A stretch of 64,000 bases of DNA from Ruditapes philippinarum (taxonomy: Eukaryota): the NCBI RefSeq assembly GCF_026571515.1, contig NW_026860876.1:124001-188000 (forward strand), given 5' to 3'. A program made the translations under genes and the position numbers. Within the stretch, counting starts at the first letter, position 1. Each line of letters starts with the position of its first letter. Under the pieces are notes generated by a model. The model did no database searches. It saw nothing but the letters and a program-made list of their open reading frames with translations, and was not told the DNA's origin. Positions 40,089 through 52,151 of this stretch are shown here, one piece after another.

Positions 40089-43000
40089 CTTATTCTCTCT
40101 CATGATACTTTGATGAAGATATAAAATTTGAATTGAGACACTCATATTGTCACCCTAGTGCAGTAATGGGTTAAATTCTTCTTAACAGGTTAAATTCTTC
40201 TAAATCAAATATGGGTTAACCAGTAATTGCACATATAATGATATATATTATATGAAATGTATAATACACACATGTAAAATTTTCAGTGTTATATAAGACT
40301 ATATATAGTTTACCAACTTAACAGAAATATGTTAAACTCATATGTGCAAAATCGAAATCAAACATTTTGTAATTTAGCGAAATATGTATACTAGTATGCA
40401 AACTTGCTAAATAACAAGTCATGTATACTGTAATGCTATAAATACATAACATATATAATACTTGCGTTGTGCTGTTCTGTAAATCTTGTCTTTGTATTAA
40501 AAATCGTATTTATTGCTATGGAACATGTTTCTTAATGCTATAATATATTTGTAGTTGTATTCAATAATATAAAAGCTGTTTGTTTGTTTGTTCGTTCGTT
40601 CGTTCGTGTGTTTGTTTGTTGGCTGGTTGGTTTACATTTGCAGTTGTCTTCTACTCTGTTTAAAATTTGTGAACAATGAAAAGATAATATACAAATATAA
40701 TCTACAATAATTGACTTGTGAGCCATTGAATATGATGTGCTATTCACCGGCAGATGACATTTTGACCGAGGCGATGTTTAATGATTACTCTATAAGAATT
40801 TAAAAAATCTAAGAAAGTAACACCTTATACATGTACAACTTTTGCCTGTTTCGTTGAAGCGCGGGAAAAAAGACGCACGTGAAAGGCGAACAACAACTAC
40901 ATGAACGCTGCGCATACAAAAGTAATCCAAGTTTATGATCATCATTGCGGTGTAACTTTTAACTCTAATAGTAATGTTATGATATTTTGATCGAGAAATA
41001 TACCATAAATAACAAAACGCAACAATTATGTTTTAATAAGCACGCGTAATTAACAGTCTACGACATACGGTCATTGAATATAAGTCTCAATCTATTTTTA
41101 GACAGGGAAAATCAAATTCGGCCAGTGAATATGATACTACACCCAGTTAATATGATTCTATACAAAGTTCTGTTGACTACCGTTTTGACCAAATTGCAGC
41201 TATATTTAGATAATATAATAATCGATAATATTGATTTAAGGTTATGGATCATTATAAAATTACATACATTATAATAGCATAAAGTATTCTTTTACATGTT
41301 ACATAAATGTATCTACAATTGAAAGGTTAAAGGGGGTGGTTCTTGAGGATGGGACTATCAGTCCATGATTTAATCAGTATTTTTATGTAAAAATGACCAA
41401 TTAACTAGAAAACAGTGGTATGATTTGCTATTTCGGTATGAGTATGTCTAATATATTAAAATTGTGTATAAACAAAATGTACACATGTTTATGATTTCAC
41501 TCGTTGTGAAACAGGGTCGGAGAATCATTTTTACATGTAATATTTTTTATGAAAAACTGAACACTGAAACACGAAGAGATGACTTAGTGATGCTTTTACC
41601 GATCAACACAGATACTCAGTGGTGAATCATTTGAAGTTCTATGTGTCATGCATGTCACCGACATTCCAATGGCAACAGTTGTTATCGAAAAACATTTTTA
41701 GATTTAAAATCGAAATTATGATTTTATTTCTTGTTTGCGTGGCGAACTAAAAACATTCCAATGAAACAATCGAAATGAAAAATTGATGTATTATACTACT
41801 GCACTTTAACGTGAAGTTATGATTTCTTGCTGACTTGCTCAATTTGATTTCATAATTTACATCAGGACACAAAGGTTGATGCTTGTATTTGAGTAAGTTG
41901 TTACATTTTTTGTGTACAAGCACATCAATATTGTCATATTATATATTATTATACATTTGTACACAGATATATAGAAGAGTAAATCTTACAATACGACCGT
42001 TCTTAAATGTCATTTACAGTAACATTTATGACAATAATATCAGGTCCAGCTTGATGACACTCATTCAAAGACGGTATAATTAAACAAAAGAAATATTCTA
42101 AGAAAAATTATTTTATTGTATTTTTGGTATTGGTATCATTTCGAAAGCATATTAGTACTCAGTTAAAAGCATTACAAAGTATTGAATAGTAACAAATTTT
42201 AATATTTTTATCTAAACTCCGTTTATTCATATAACAATTAGTAAAAACGAATTCCTTGTTTGACACATATAAAATAGAGAAAATAAGAATCCCCAAAGAA
42301 AGCCCAACACGGCGAAAATTGAAAATGTTGCAGGCTCGGTTTGATTGAGCCTGTCATGGACGGTACTGTCATTTAAATTAGGTGTTCTAGGAGAGGTTTA
42401 CAATGGAAAATATGTACAACAATTAAGCCATAAATGTATGATTATTTAAAGAAGAAGCACTTTAACTACTCCTACTGATTAATTTATTTTTTTCAAAGAA
42501 ATATAATCCGGTTAGAAGTGGTATTAAACTCTTCAAAGGGATGCTTTATAATCGCAATGGATGTTTATTTTTTATCATCATCCCTGGATTGTTTGTCGTT
42601 ATCTCAAAAATTTATCCAAACCATAAGAATGATTTAGAGGAGATATTTTCATTTCTGTACCAAGGATTGTATCACACATAATTTTGTTTTGTTGTATATC
42701 TTTTATAATAAACATTGTTGATGTCATCTTATTAACAATATTATTCACATAATCTTTAAATGGCATTTCATGACAATCCCATAGCAAAAACAGGTTTTTT
42801 CAAATGTGAAAATTAAAAACATATAATTAATTTTTCTATTATATAGTAAGCAAATTTAATTAAGCTATTTATTTAATAATTGAAAGAATATTAAGTGTTC
42901 ATCAAATAATAAATCATAACAAAGGATTGCAAAATAAATTAATCGTTCTACAAAACTTTATTTCTTTATTCTGCTATCCTTTGCACAAGATTGAACACCT

Positions 43001-45730
43001 TAAGTTGTTCACAAACATTTGCAAGAGTTATTTCAATAAAGGAAAAGATATCCGGTATCTTATACATATTTCAAGGTTTAGTTTTTAAATTGCAATCACA
43101 TGAACCGGACGTCATGCACAGAACGTTATTTGCTTAAATTTCAGTGTAAATTCAAGCTAAGTAATCAACTTGCCATGCAGCATATTGTGATGAAAAACAA
43201 TTCTGTGTCTTATCATTAACATTTCTGAAAATACTTTTAATTTGTTATATTCAAAATACGACAACAGCAATTAAAACATTACCGTATTAAGTTACACTTA
43301 ACATTCTTTTATGCGAACAATAAAGTATACAAGGAATGTGTCCTTCACCTTCTTTAATCAGTGTGCTTTTATCTTGATAAGAGCATAACTGTTTTCAATG
43401 TATAATGTAAAGTAATCAAGCATTCGAAGAGAGGTGTGTTAATTTAAAACAATCACACTATACTTAAAGAATTTGATAGCAAATAGTTTGCACCGAAAAG
43501 TTTAGTTATTACAGAAAAATACCGAATCGAAATTGAAACTGTTGTGGATAAAACAATTTTAACACGTTATTTTCATTTCAATTCATTTATGGGTTAATAT
43601 GTCTACAAAATTATAGATGTGTATGTATTGTTGTTTAAATTTATAAAATGTTATATTTAAATGTATTGGTATCTAAATTTATTGATATTTAAATGAATTG
43701 ATATTTAAATGTATTGATATCTCAATTAATTAATACTTAAACATATGGAAAATTTAATTTATTGATACCTTTATGTATAGGTATTTAAAGTAATTTTCAT
43801 TTTAAATGCATTGATGTAAATGTCGGTTTTGAAAAAACTTATGTCATTGTTTAGAAAATGATATCGAATCAAGTATTTTAAAATCAGCAATCAAGTCGCA
43901 AATAATTAGTTGTAAATATTTTTAGCAATTTCACATAAACTGTAGTACCAATAAAACTTATGTTGTAGACATTGAACTGTTGAGAACCCATAAATCAATG
44001 TCAATGCAATTTAGAAAATAATGACTACATCTGAAATTGAAGAATATTCGATAATCACCTTTTCTTCTAATGTTCAGAAATAATCTTCGGTATGCTTATA
44101 TTGGTATTATTTTTTTAAAGCAGCATAGCATAGAATTCCAAAAGTGTGGCTCAAAGAAAGGAGGTAGAGGAAAGAAACATATTTTAGATAAATATGTGTA
44201 CTCAGTTTACTGTAATCATACTTTTTGATATGACTAAGTGTGTGGACAACTGCACTTTGATCAATGGTAAACTGTACATATATAGTTATTTATTTCTTAC
44301 TAATTAGTTATTATTATTATTATTATTTATTATTATCTGAGGATCTTAATGATGAAAAAAGAAACACATGAAATATATGTCGAAAAAAGAATTGTGGAAG
44401 CAGGTGAATATGTAATTAATAACATTTTAGTTATTGTAATATTCGTCTGACGTATTTAACATTTATAGACTCATATAAAATAATATAAAATAAAACCAAA
44501 TTTAGATAATGAAACTCTGATTTAACGCGGATATGAAATACAGGTTATGTGTCTCATATTTAAGTGGACCTTATAAATGAGTAAGATGTTACTGTTATAC
44601 TATGGAGACCTAAATATTAAGCAAGTACCTTAGTACTAAGCACAAACACATCGGATGACAATGTTAATTATTCCTCCTCGAACATAAATTGACTTTTAGT
44701 GTCTAAATATATATCTTTGTCAAAGCCTTTAGAATCAAAAATACGTTACATAAATAATAAAATATTTCAGCATAACGGACAATGTGTTTAAAATAAAAAT
44801 TTGTTTTTAGCTAAACACATTTTTCAATTTATTGAATAAAAATTACTTCCTTATGAAAACATGAAAATTGCTTATTAACAACTACACGTATCCGCTCTTC
44901 CTCTTCAACTATACTACGGCTTAGGAAACTAACTTATAGAGAATATTATATATTATTACCCCTCACTTTTTTCGTAATGCTTATTCCCCATAGGCCTCTG
45001 GGAGTTATTTTTACTGTTAATGCACGTGTACCACGTGACTAAAATGTTGTACTGTTACAAAGGTAACAGTATTTTTAACAGTATAAAATCTGGTCACGTG
45101 GTCTATTTTCTAAATAAAATGAAATAAAATGGCCGCCATTTTTTTCTCGATTCATTCTTATTTTCGACGTTAGGACATCAATTTCATCTCTGGAGTAAAT
45201 ATGACACTCATAAAATTTAGTTGTTTGTACCCTAGTGTGCTTTTCGCGTATAAAATATCTTTTTGTTTTCAACGGAAGTAATTGCAATGTAAATAGTTAT
45301 GTGTCAAACTGGAACATGCAGACGATTTAAGCATAAAACAATGGATTATTTAACTATTTTTATCAGTGAAACGTTACATATATGGTAGACAGACATAGGA
45401 TATCATCGTTATTTTGTCAAAAAACAAGAATATAAACTAAGAATATTCTGAAAACAGAAGGATCAGATTTCACAGATCATAACCGTGTAAATGGGTTAGT
45501 GTTTTGTTTTCGAAATAAATACTAGCTTATTGTATGTTTATGATTTGTAGATATTATCACTTGCTTAAAGAATGAAAGAAAAAGAAAACTTCTCAAGTAG
45601 GCCTAAAGTACACTTAAAACTTAAAAGGTAAGGACAGTTTAGTTTTTGCTACTCTTGGTTTATTTTTGTTACAGTTAGATTAAGTTGACAAATTCAGACC
45701 ATCACAGTATTTGTTCGGGGTAATAAAATT

Positions 45731-45841
45731 AATAACACATGGGTTTGTTTGTTACAGTAAAAATATCATCCCTACGCCTCGGGTAACAGTTTTTTCCTCG
45801 GGATGATACTTTTACTGTTACGGAAAAACCCATGTGTTATT
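45731..45841. repeat. Long imperfect palindrome (~46-bp arms) at the end of an insertion
   Basis: AATAACACATGGGTTT..ACAGTAAAAATATCATCCC / GGGATGATACTTTTACTGT..AAACCCATGTGTTATT. Confidence 0.85.
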
Positions 45842-45916
45842 TATAGAAAAAAAAATTGTAAAATGAAAAAAATGAGGATGTATGACATTTGTTCTCTCTT
45901 TATACGTAAGAAAATA

Positions 45917-46219
45917 GATTTACATTTTGAGGTTCGTTATGTTAAGGTCAAGGTCACCGTGACCATCACCTAGATAATTTGTAAATAATTTGTATTTTAT
46001 ATTTTTGCTGTGCTGTCTCAATATTTTATACAAAGATATGTCCTGACAGTGTATATTAACCTTACTGATTTACATTTTGAGGTCGTTATGTTAAGGTCAA
46101 GGTCACCGTGACCATCACCTAGATAATTTGTAAATAATTTGTATTTTATATTTTTGCTGTGCTGTCTCAATATTTTATACAAAGATATGTCCTGACAGTG
46201 TATATTAACCTTACTGATT
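45917..46219 (+). repeat. ~150-bp tandem duplication of a HINE-type core unit
   Basis: Units start at 45917 and 46067 with GATT microhomology. The paralogous region ~60660-60800 has one unit only. Confidence 0.9.
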
Positions 46220-48587
46220 CTAGGGTCAGTCAGCACAGTGACATTCAACCCTGTTTATAGATGTTTTACAACAAAATGTGTAGTTTATTCGGGGCTTCAA
46301 TTACAAAATATAAATATCACATCGCCCTGATGGTGGAACGAAATGTGCAGCCTAAGCCAGTGATATAAATCGAAGCGTTACCTAAATATGAAATCTTCTC
46401 AACTTTTTATCTTGGTTTACCCACATAATAAAGAGAGATAAATGTTGTTTACGGCAAAGAATAATATACTATTACACAAAATGATTTCGGCAAGTAATGA
46501 AAACTGAGAGAAACAAAGAAACAACACATAAATAGCTTAGTAAACTTTTTATCTTTAAATTCAATATCTTCATACCATGAATAAGTATACTGAATTCTGT
46601 AAATATTTCTTTATAAATTAATTTAGCTGTTTGCCTTTTACGTGTATTTTGCTTGACGCTCAGAAATGCTTTTTAATTGTCATTATGTCCATCTCAGTAT
46701 TTAAAAGGTGAATGAACAGCTGCAGGGAAATGTCCAGACTTAAACATAATTCTTTTTTAATTTCATTACTTTACTTTGCATGAATAATGATTAGCCCAAG
46801 TGAATGTTGAAATTTCCCTTCCTTCAGTTATATTCGGTTATTCACAGATTTGCGCTATCTTTTAAAATTGAGGCGTTTTAATTAATCTAAAATGTATTCA
46901 ACTCTAAACATTTATTATTTTTATTGTAAGTCAATTACCAATGTAATAGATACTCGTTTACAAAAAACATCATGTTCGTCTTAACTTGAAAGCGGGAAAT
47001 TAATTGTTGCTTTGAGCATTTTTATTATTATTTTGCAAGAGTTTTTATTATCAAAAAATTTAATTATTTGAAGCTTAAATTTGAGCAAAACAAATCAGGA
47101 AAAGTCTGAAAATCCTTAACGTTTTTAGATTACGATTGATAGGTGAGGACATGTGGTTATCCTGCCACGAGTACAATGACTTATTTGCTTGCTAATATGT
47201 TATTGGAAACGATATCAAGTATCGTAAAGCTTTTTAAAGTTTGAAAACTGAGAGATAACTTATAGCTATATTGACTGATACATGCTATGTTCAACATAGC
47301 TATGTTTTTCAAATTAAATGTCATATATCGACATTATAATTATTATTAATTGGACAACATCATTATTGTATTTGTTTACCTTCTTACTTTTACTTTTATT
47401 TACAATACAGTAGCAATACATTGCTTTATATGTCATCGTTTGCCGGCAACCTTGACAGATACTTCTGGCACATGGACATTGTACCACGTTTATAACAAAT
47501 TGAAACATCATTTAAAAATACGCCGTATCTTCTATCTGATAAAGTATTATTAAAGATCTATGATCACTAAAAATCATCGTTTACATTACAAAGTTCATCC
47601 TTTCAACAATAATGTATTTCTGATTGCAATAGACACAATGTAAGTGATAGATATTGTTTGATGCAATGTAAAAATAGGATATATATGTTTGCTGCCACAG
47701 GATATTCATTTTTCCTGGTCGGTGATTACAACGGAAGACTACGAGTGAATACGATAGTGTCTTCGTGCTTTTTAACATTAACAGTTATAAAATGGCGAAA
47801 ATTTAACATTTCCAGTGTTTCTAAATGTTGCACTTTTACTCGCTAATTTATGGGCAACCTTTTATGAAATAGGACGAAAATAAGGACGATAAACAATGGT
47901 TATTTTAAATGTTTTACTGCGAGCGACGTGAACACCTTACGTTCTTTAAACAAACCCTTTAAGTTTCTAAGCTAAGCAGACGGGCCTGCAACCTAAGCTT
48001 ATAAGTCTCGAATTTGCTATTTTGCATAAAAACTGCGCGCACTGGTGAAGAAACGGAGAAAAATAGCATTAACGGGCACACGATGTTGTAGCACTTGCGT
48101 GACTTAAAAAGCTGCTAGTAAGATTCAAAACATAAAGTACCTAATTACCGAACTAGACGTAAACAAGTGCTAGAAATACATCTTTTGGCTTCTGCAAATG
48201 TATTCAATTAATAAATGAAAAGTTTACAACGGATATCTCTGAAAGAAGTAAAGGTTTCCTGTATTTGCAAAATGTCGCAATTATGAGAAAACAACCAAAA
48301 TATTAGTTTACGTTGGTATGCCTTATACCAATACTCCAAAATTATTAACTGACTCAGCATGAGATCCTTGAATAACCCAATTCAATCACAGCCGTAAATC
48401 AAAGCACAGAAGGCGCTGAATTTGTTTGGGTCTCAGAATGTCAGACAGGTGAAGGTTGTGAGATTATAAACCAATTTGTTTTTGTATAGTGCCACCAATG
48501 CTAACTGTAGTAAATTGGCTATAAGGCTAAATGAACACTGATATTCAATTCAATGTTTATTTGACTTGAAAAATTAAAATAAAATGA

Positions 48588-48662
48588 GTTGCCTCAACTG
48601 GGATTTGAACTCCAGACTTCTCGATTCCTAAGCGAGCGTGCAAACCCCTCGGCCACGGTGAA
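48588..48662 (-). pseudogene. tRNA-derived fragment (SINE head or pseudo-tRNA)
   Basis: Minus strand has A-box GTGGCCGAGGGGT and T-arm CTGGA-GTTCAAAT-CCCAG. The acceptor stem is not well paired. Confidence 0.55.
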
Positions 48663-49697
48663 GTTATTTGTAACGGCCTGAAGAAAACCATATTATTCTA
48701 AATTAGGGTTTGTAACTCTTATTATTTCGACGCTAAACCTGTTGTTTAACACAGATGTAAATAATCATGGACCTTACTATAAGCATTTATATTTATAAAG
48801 AATAAAACAATATTAGAACTCTTCGACCATTCGGGAACTATTTTGCTTGAAAATTAATGCGCCTGTCATTTGACAATCTTTACGCAGTGATCTCCCCTGA
48901 ATTTTTCGGCGTTAGTGTACATATAAAGGGAAGTAACTGCTTCAAAAAGCGAACTACTTTCGGTATTTACAATTAACAGCAGGGTCTGAAATTCCGCTAC
49001 CATTATTTGTTTGGTCTGACGACCCAAACAAATAAATAGAGGATATTAAATGAGTGTTTTTTAATACTAAATTTATTAAACGAGTTGAATAAATCATATT
49101 ATGCGAGCCTCTGGCTCAGTAAACCGTTAAAATGAGTAATTGTTCAATGACGCGCCAATAGTCTAACGCTTACATTAGCGTGCGTCAACGATATGTTTAT
49201 ATATAGCGCAAATGACGTCACGTCAAAGTGTTATTACACTAGTGTAATATCGTTTTTATTAAATGGCTTTATTACACTCCTGCGCGGCGGTTTATGTGAT
49301 AAAAAGAATTATTTGACTAGTTCAATTATTTGATCTTTCAGCACAATGAAGTAGTTATCTACGCTAGGTTGTTGGGGTCTTAAAAGTAAAAATAATCATT
49401 AGTTATAATACGCACAATCATTTTGTACCTTTAGACTTGTATTACTGTATGAGAAACGTTAATATATGTTTGTATTTTGAAGATGGTTGAATTGTCTGAA
49501 TCTATATAATATTAAGTGATTCTCGCCGGGAACGACACCTTTTATGTCACGATTTAAAACAAATGCAAAACATTGTAGAGGTCCGCTTTGCCGTGTTTTA
49601 CACAAAATATAAATAGTCCCGCTTCTATAATGTCTTGTTTCCGACAAGGAGGTTTTTAACTGTTTAAAGTATTCCTCTATGTATAAATTATGCTTTA

Positions 49698-50316
49698 CCC
49701 TTTCCCTCATGAGCATATTGTGAAAAATGGCCGTTTTCACTGAAAAGCCTCCTGTTACAAGTTCAAACTGCTATGAAACTATGAAAAATGCTTCAATACT
49801 AATGAAACTTGGCACAAATGTTGACTGGACCATTGCCTTTGTAACGACATGCTCAGTCTTAAATTTCCTGTTACAATGGCTACGAGGGGACATCACAAAA
49901 TTGCCAAAAATCACTATTTTGCCTCGAATTTTTCCATCAAAATTTATTTCAAAGTGCTGCAACTTCTCAAGGGATTGAGATAGAGTCAAAGGCTTTTCAC
50001 CGTTGGTTACACGTAACCATATGATCGACCTGGGGTCATTTTTAGCCTCTCACAAATCCAAAATTTTCTTGGCGATCAGGGGGACTCCGCCCCCTTCAAA
50101 CCCCCCAAACAGAAGGGGGCACATCCCCCTTCTGGCAACCCCCTGATGTATCTTTTAGATGAGGGGCGGCGCCGAAAAAGTGCTAACTTTTTTTAGCAAC
50201 ATTTCTCAAACAAACACATTCTTTTTGGGGCCCAAATAGGACATTATTTCACTATTTCAGGCCTAAAAAAGGGGGGGTCGAAAGTGCGTTGATTCGCCTA
50301 TATATGAGGCAAAGGG
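49698..50316. mobile_element. piggyBac-type MITE (619 bp)
   Basis: Ends CCCTTTCCCTCAT / ATGAGGCAAAGGG, flanked by TTTA (degenerate) and TTAA. Confidence 0.75.
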
Positions 50317-50442
50317 TTAACAAAAAAGGATGAAAAACTTTGGAATCACCCAAAATCTAGTTTTTCCATGTTAACATGTGGTCTTTCACCTAAGTTTGGT
50401 GAAAAATTGTTGTTTTGTAACATTTATAATTTTTTTAGTTAA

Positions 50443-50587
50443 CCCTTTCCCTCATGAGCATATTGTGAAAAATGGCCGTTTTCACTGAAAGCCTCCTCTT
50501 TGGACCATTGTAACGACTTGCTCAGTCTTAAATTTCCTGTTACCATGGCTACGAGTGCGTTGATTCGCGTATATATGAGGTAAAGGG
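50443..50587. mobile_element. piggyBac-type MITE, 145-bp deletion derivative of the adjacent copy
   Basis: TTAA-CCCTTTCCCTCAT...ATGAGGTAAAGGG-TTAA. The interior is a patchwork of segments from 49698-50316. Confidence 0.8.
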
Positions 50588-51141
50588 TTAAGGGATGGGG
50601 CAGTGAATAGAATATATAGAAAATAACATGCTACTGTTTTTTGTTGCTTTTTGTTGTTGTTTTTGAAGTTTTGATATCAATTTTATCAGGGGAGGATGAT
50701 ATGGGGCCATGTAACATGAATTAATGTATATTTTATATGAATAGAACAGTTTTATTCTTTCCTAGTTATTATAGCTCAAAAAACCTAACATTATTTCGTT
50801 GTTATTCATCCTTGCTGATAAGTAGAAGTCGATGTTATCATTAAATCTGGGCGAACGTTTGATGACGTAGCTCATTTTTGAAGACATTCAAATTAAGATA
50901 GTATTACCCTATAAAAGGCATTTTTGAAGGTATGGTTTGGCATTTTTAATTAAAAATTGTTGACGTTTACGCATGGTACCTTAATGAAATTTATTTTCAT
51001 TACAAAACTTAAGTTTTTGTTATTTCTTTTAAAAATACAGCATCTCATCGGAAATGGTGATTTTATTCAATTAAAATTCAAGCAACGTAAAGCTTTCAGA
51101 GGACCAGAAATTTGTTAGCAGGCTCCTTTTGATGTTGACTA

Positions 51142-52151
51142 CGAGGGTTGTTCGGGAAGTTCTGGGAATTTTGTCATATCTCCTATATCTTTTGTTTCTA
51201 AGACGTAATATTTTGCACATACTAAGATTAGCATATCACGGAACTATTCCTAAAAATTGAATAGAATCAGACAACAATAGCCGGAAATAGCAGTAACCAT
51301 AGCAACACTATAACGCCGCACCGGAGCAGTCCGACTCTAAAGAAAGTATAACGCGCTACACTAATAATATTTCGTAATTTTGATAACGTAAAAAATGCGC
51401 GAAAACGCTGGTCAGCAGCGGAACGTCATGACGTCATTTCCTGAAAATATCATAACGTTATTTAAATTCTCAACGGATCAACATTGTTTTAAAGTTGTTG
51501 CCCAGAGCCACTGAGTAAACAACATGACGTCGATAGGTGACGTTGAATTGCGAAGCATCGTGAAATTTTGTGTTGCGCTGGAAAAGTTTTCCACAGAAAC
51601 AATGAAAATGATCAATTCTACAGGAAAATACAAGAAATGCAGTCTGGCTACAGTGTATAGATGGCATGCTCGTTTTAAAGAAGGAAGAAACCCTCCATAC
51701 AGCCCGGACCTCGCTCCGATTGACTTCCGTGTGTTCCCGGAGCTCAAATCACAGCTGCGTGGAAAACGCTTTGACTCAGCTGACGATCTTGTTAAGCATA
51801 CGCAAGCTATAGTCTCGTCCTTTACCGATAGCTGGTAGGTGGAAACATACAATAAGTGGATCAGCCGACACAGGAAATGTATCGAAATTGCAGGTGACTA
51901 CGTTGAAAAGGTGCGACGATCGATGGACTTTAACGTCGCATAACGTTGCAAATGACGTCGGCGTGCTCCGGGTGTTTGTTATATGGTTATTTACTATTTT
52001 TATTATGTTTTAGTTTCTGTGTGTATGATGATGATATTTTCAGATACTGTACAGAATATATTGAAATAAATGCGTATATATTTATATTTACGCTAACCCG
52101 ACTACAACGTGTGCTATAAAACAATTATCAGAACTTCCCGAACAACCCTCG
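51142..52151 (+). mobile_element. Non-autonomous mariner (Tc1/mariner) element with an internally deleted transposase
   Basis: 23-bp perfect TIRs CGAGGGTTGTTCGGGAAGTTCTG, with TA on both sides (51140-41, 52152-53). ORF 51524-51838 fuses the HTH N-terminus (ELRSIVKFCV..TVYRWHARFKEGR) to PPYSPDLAPIDF; after a stop it continues KWISRHRKCIEIAGDYVEK. Confidence 0.95.

Larger units (their letters stand above)
43141..46470 (+). repeat. Segmental duplication, copy 1
   Basis: Collinear with 58056-61045 at roughly 90% identity by eye. It carries a private ~0.9 kb insertion (~44947-45846) and a private 150-bp tandem duplication. Confidence 0.9.
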
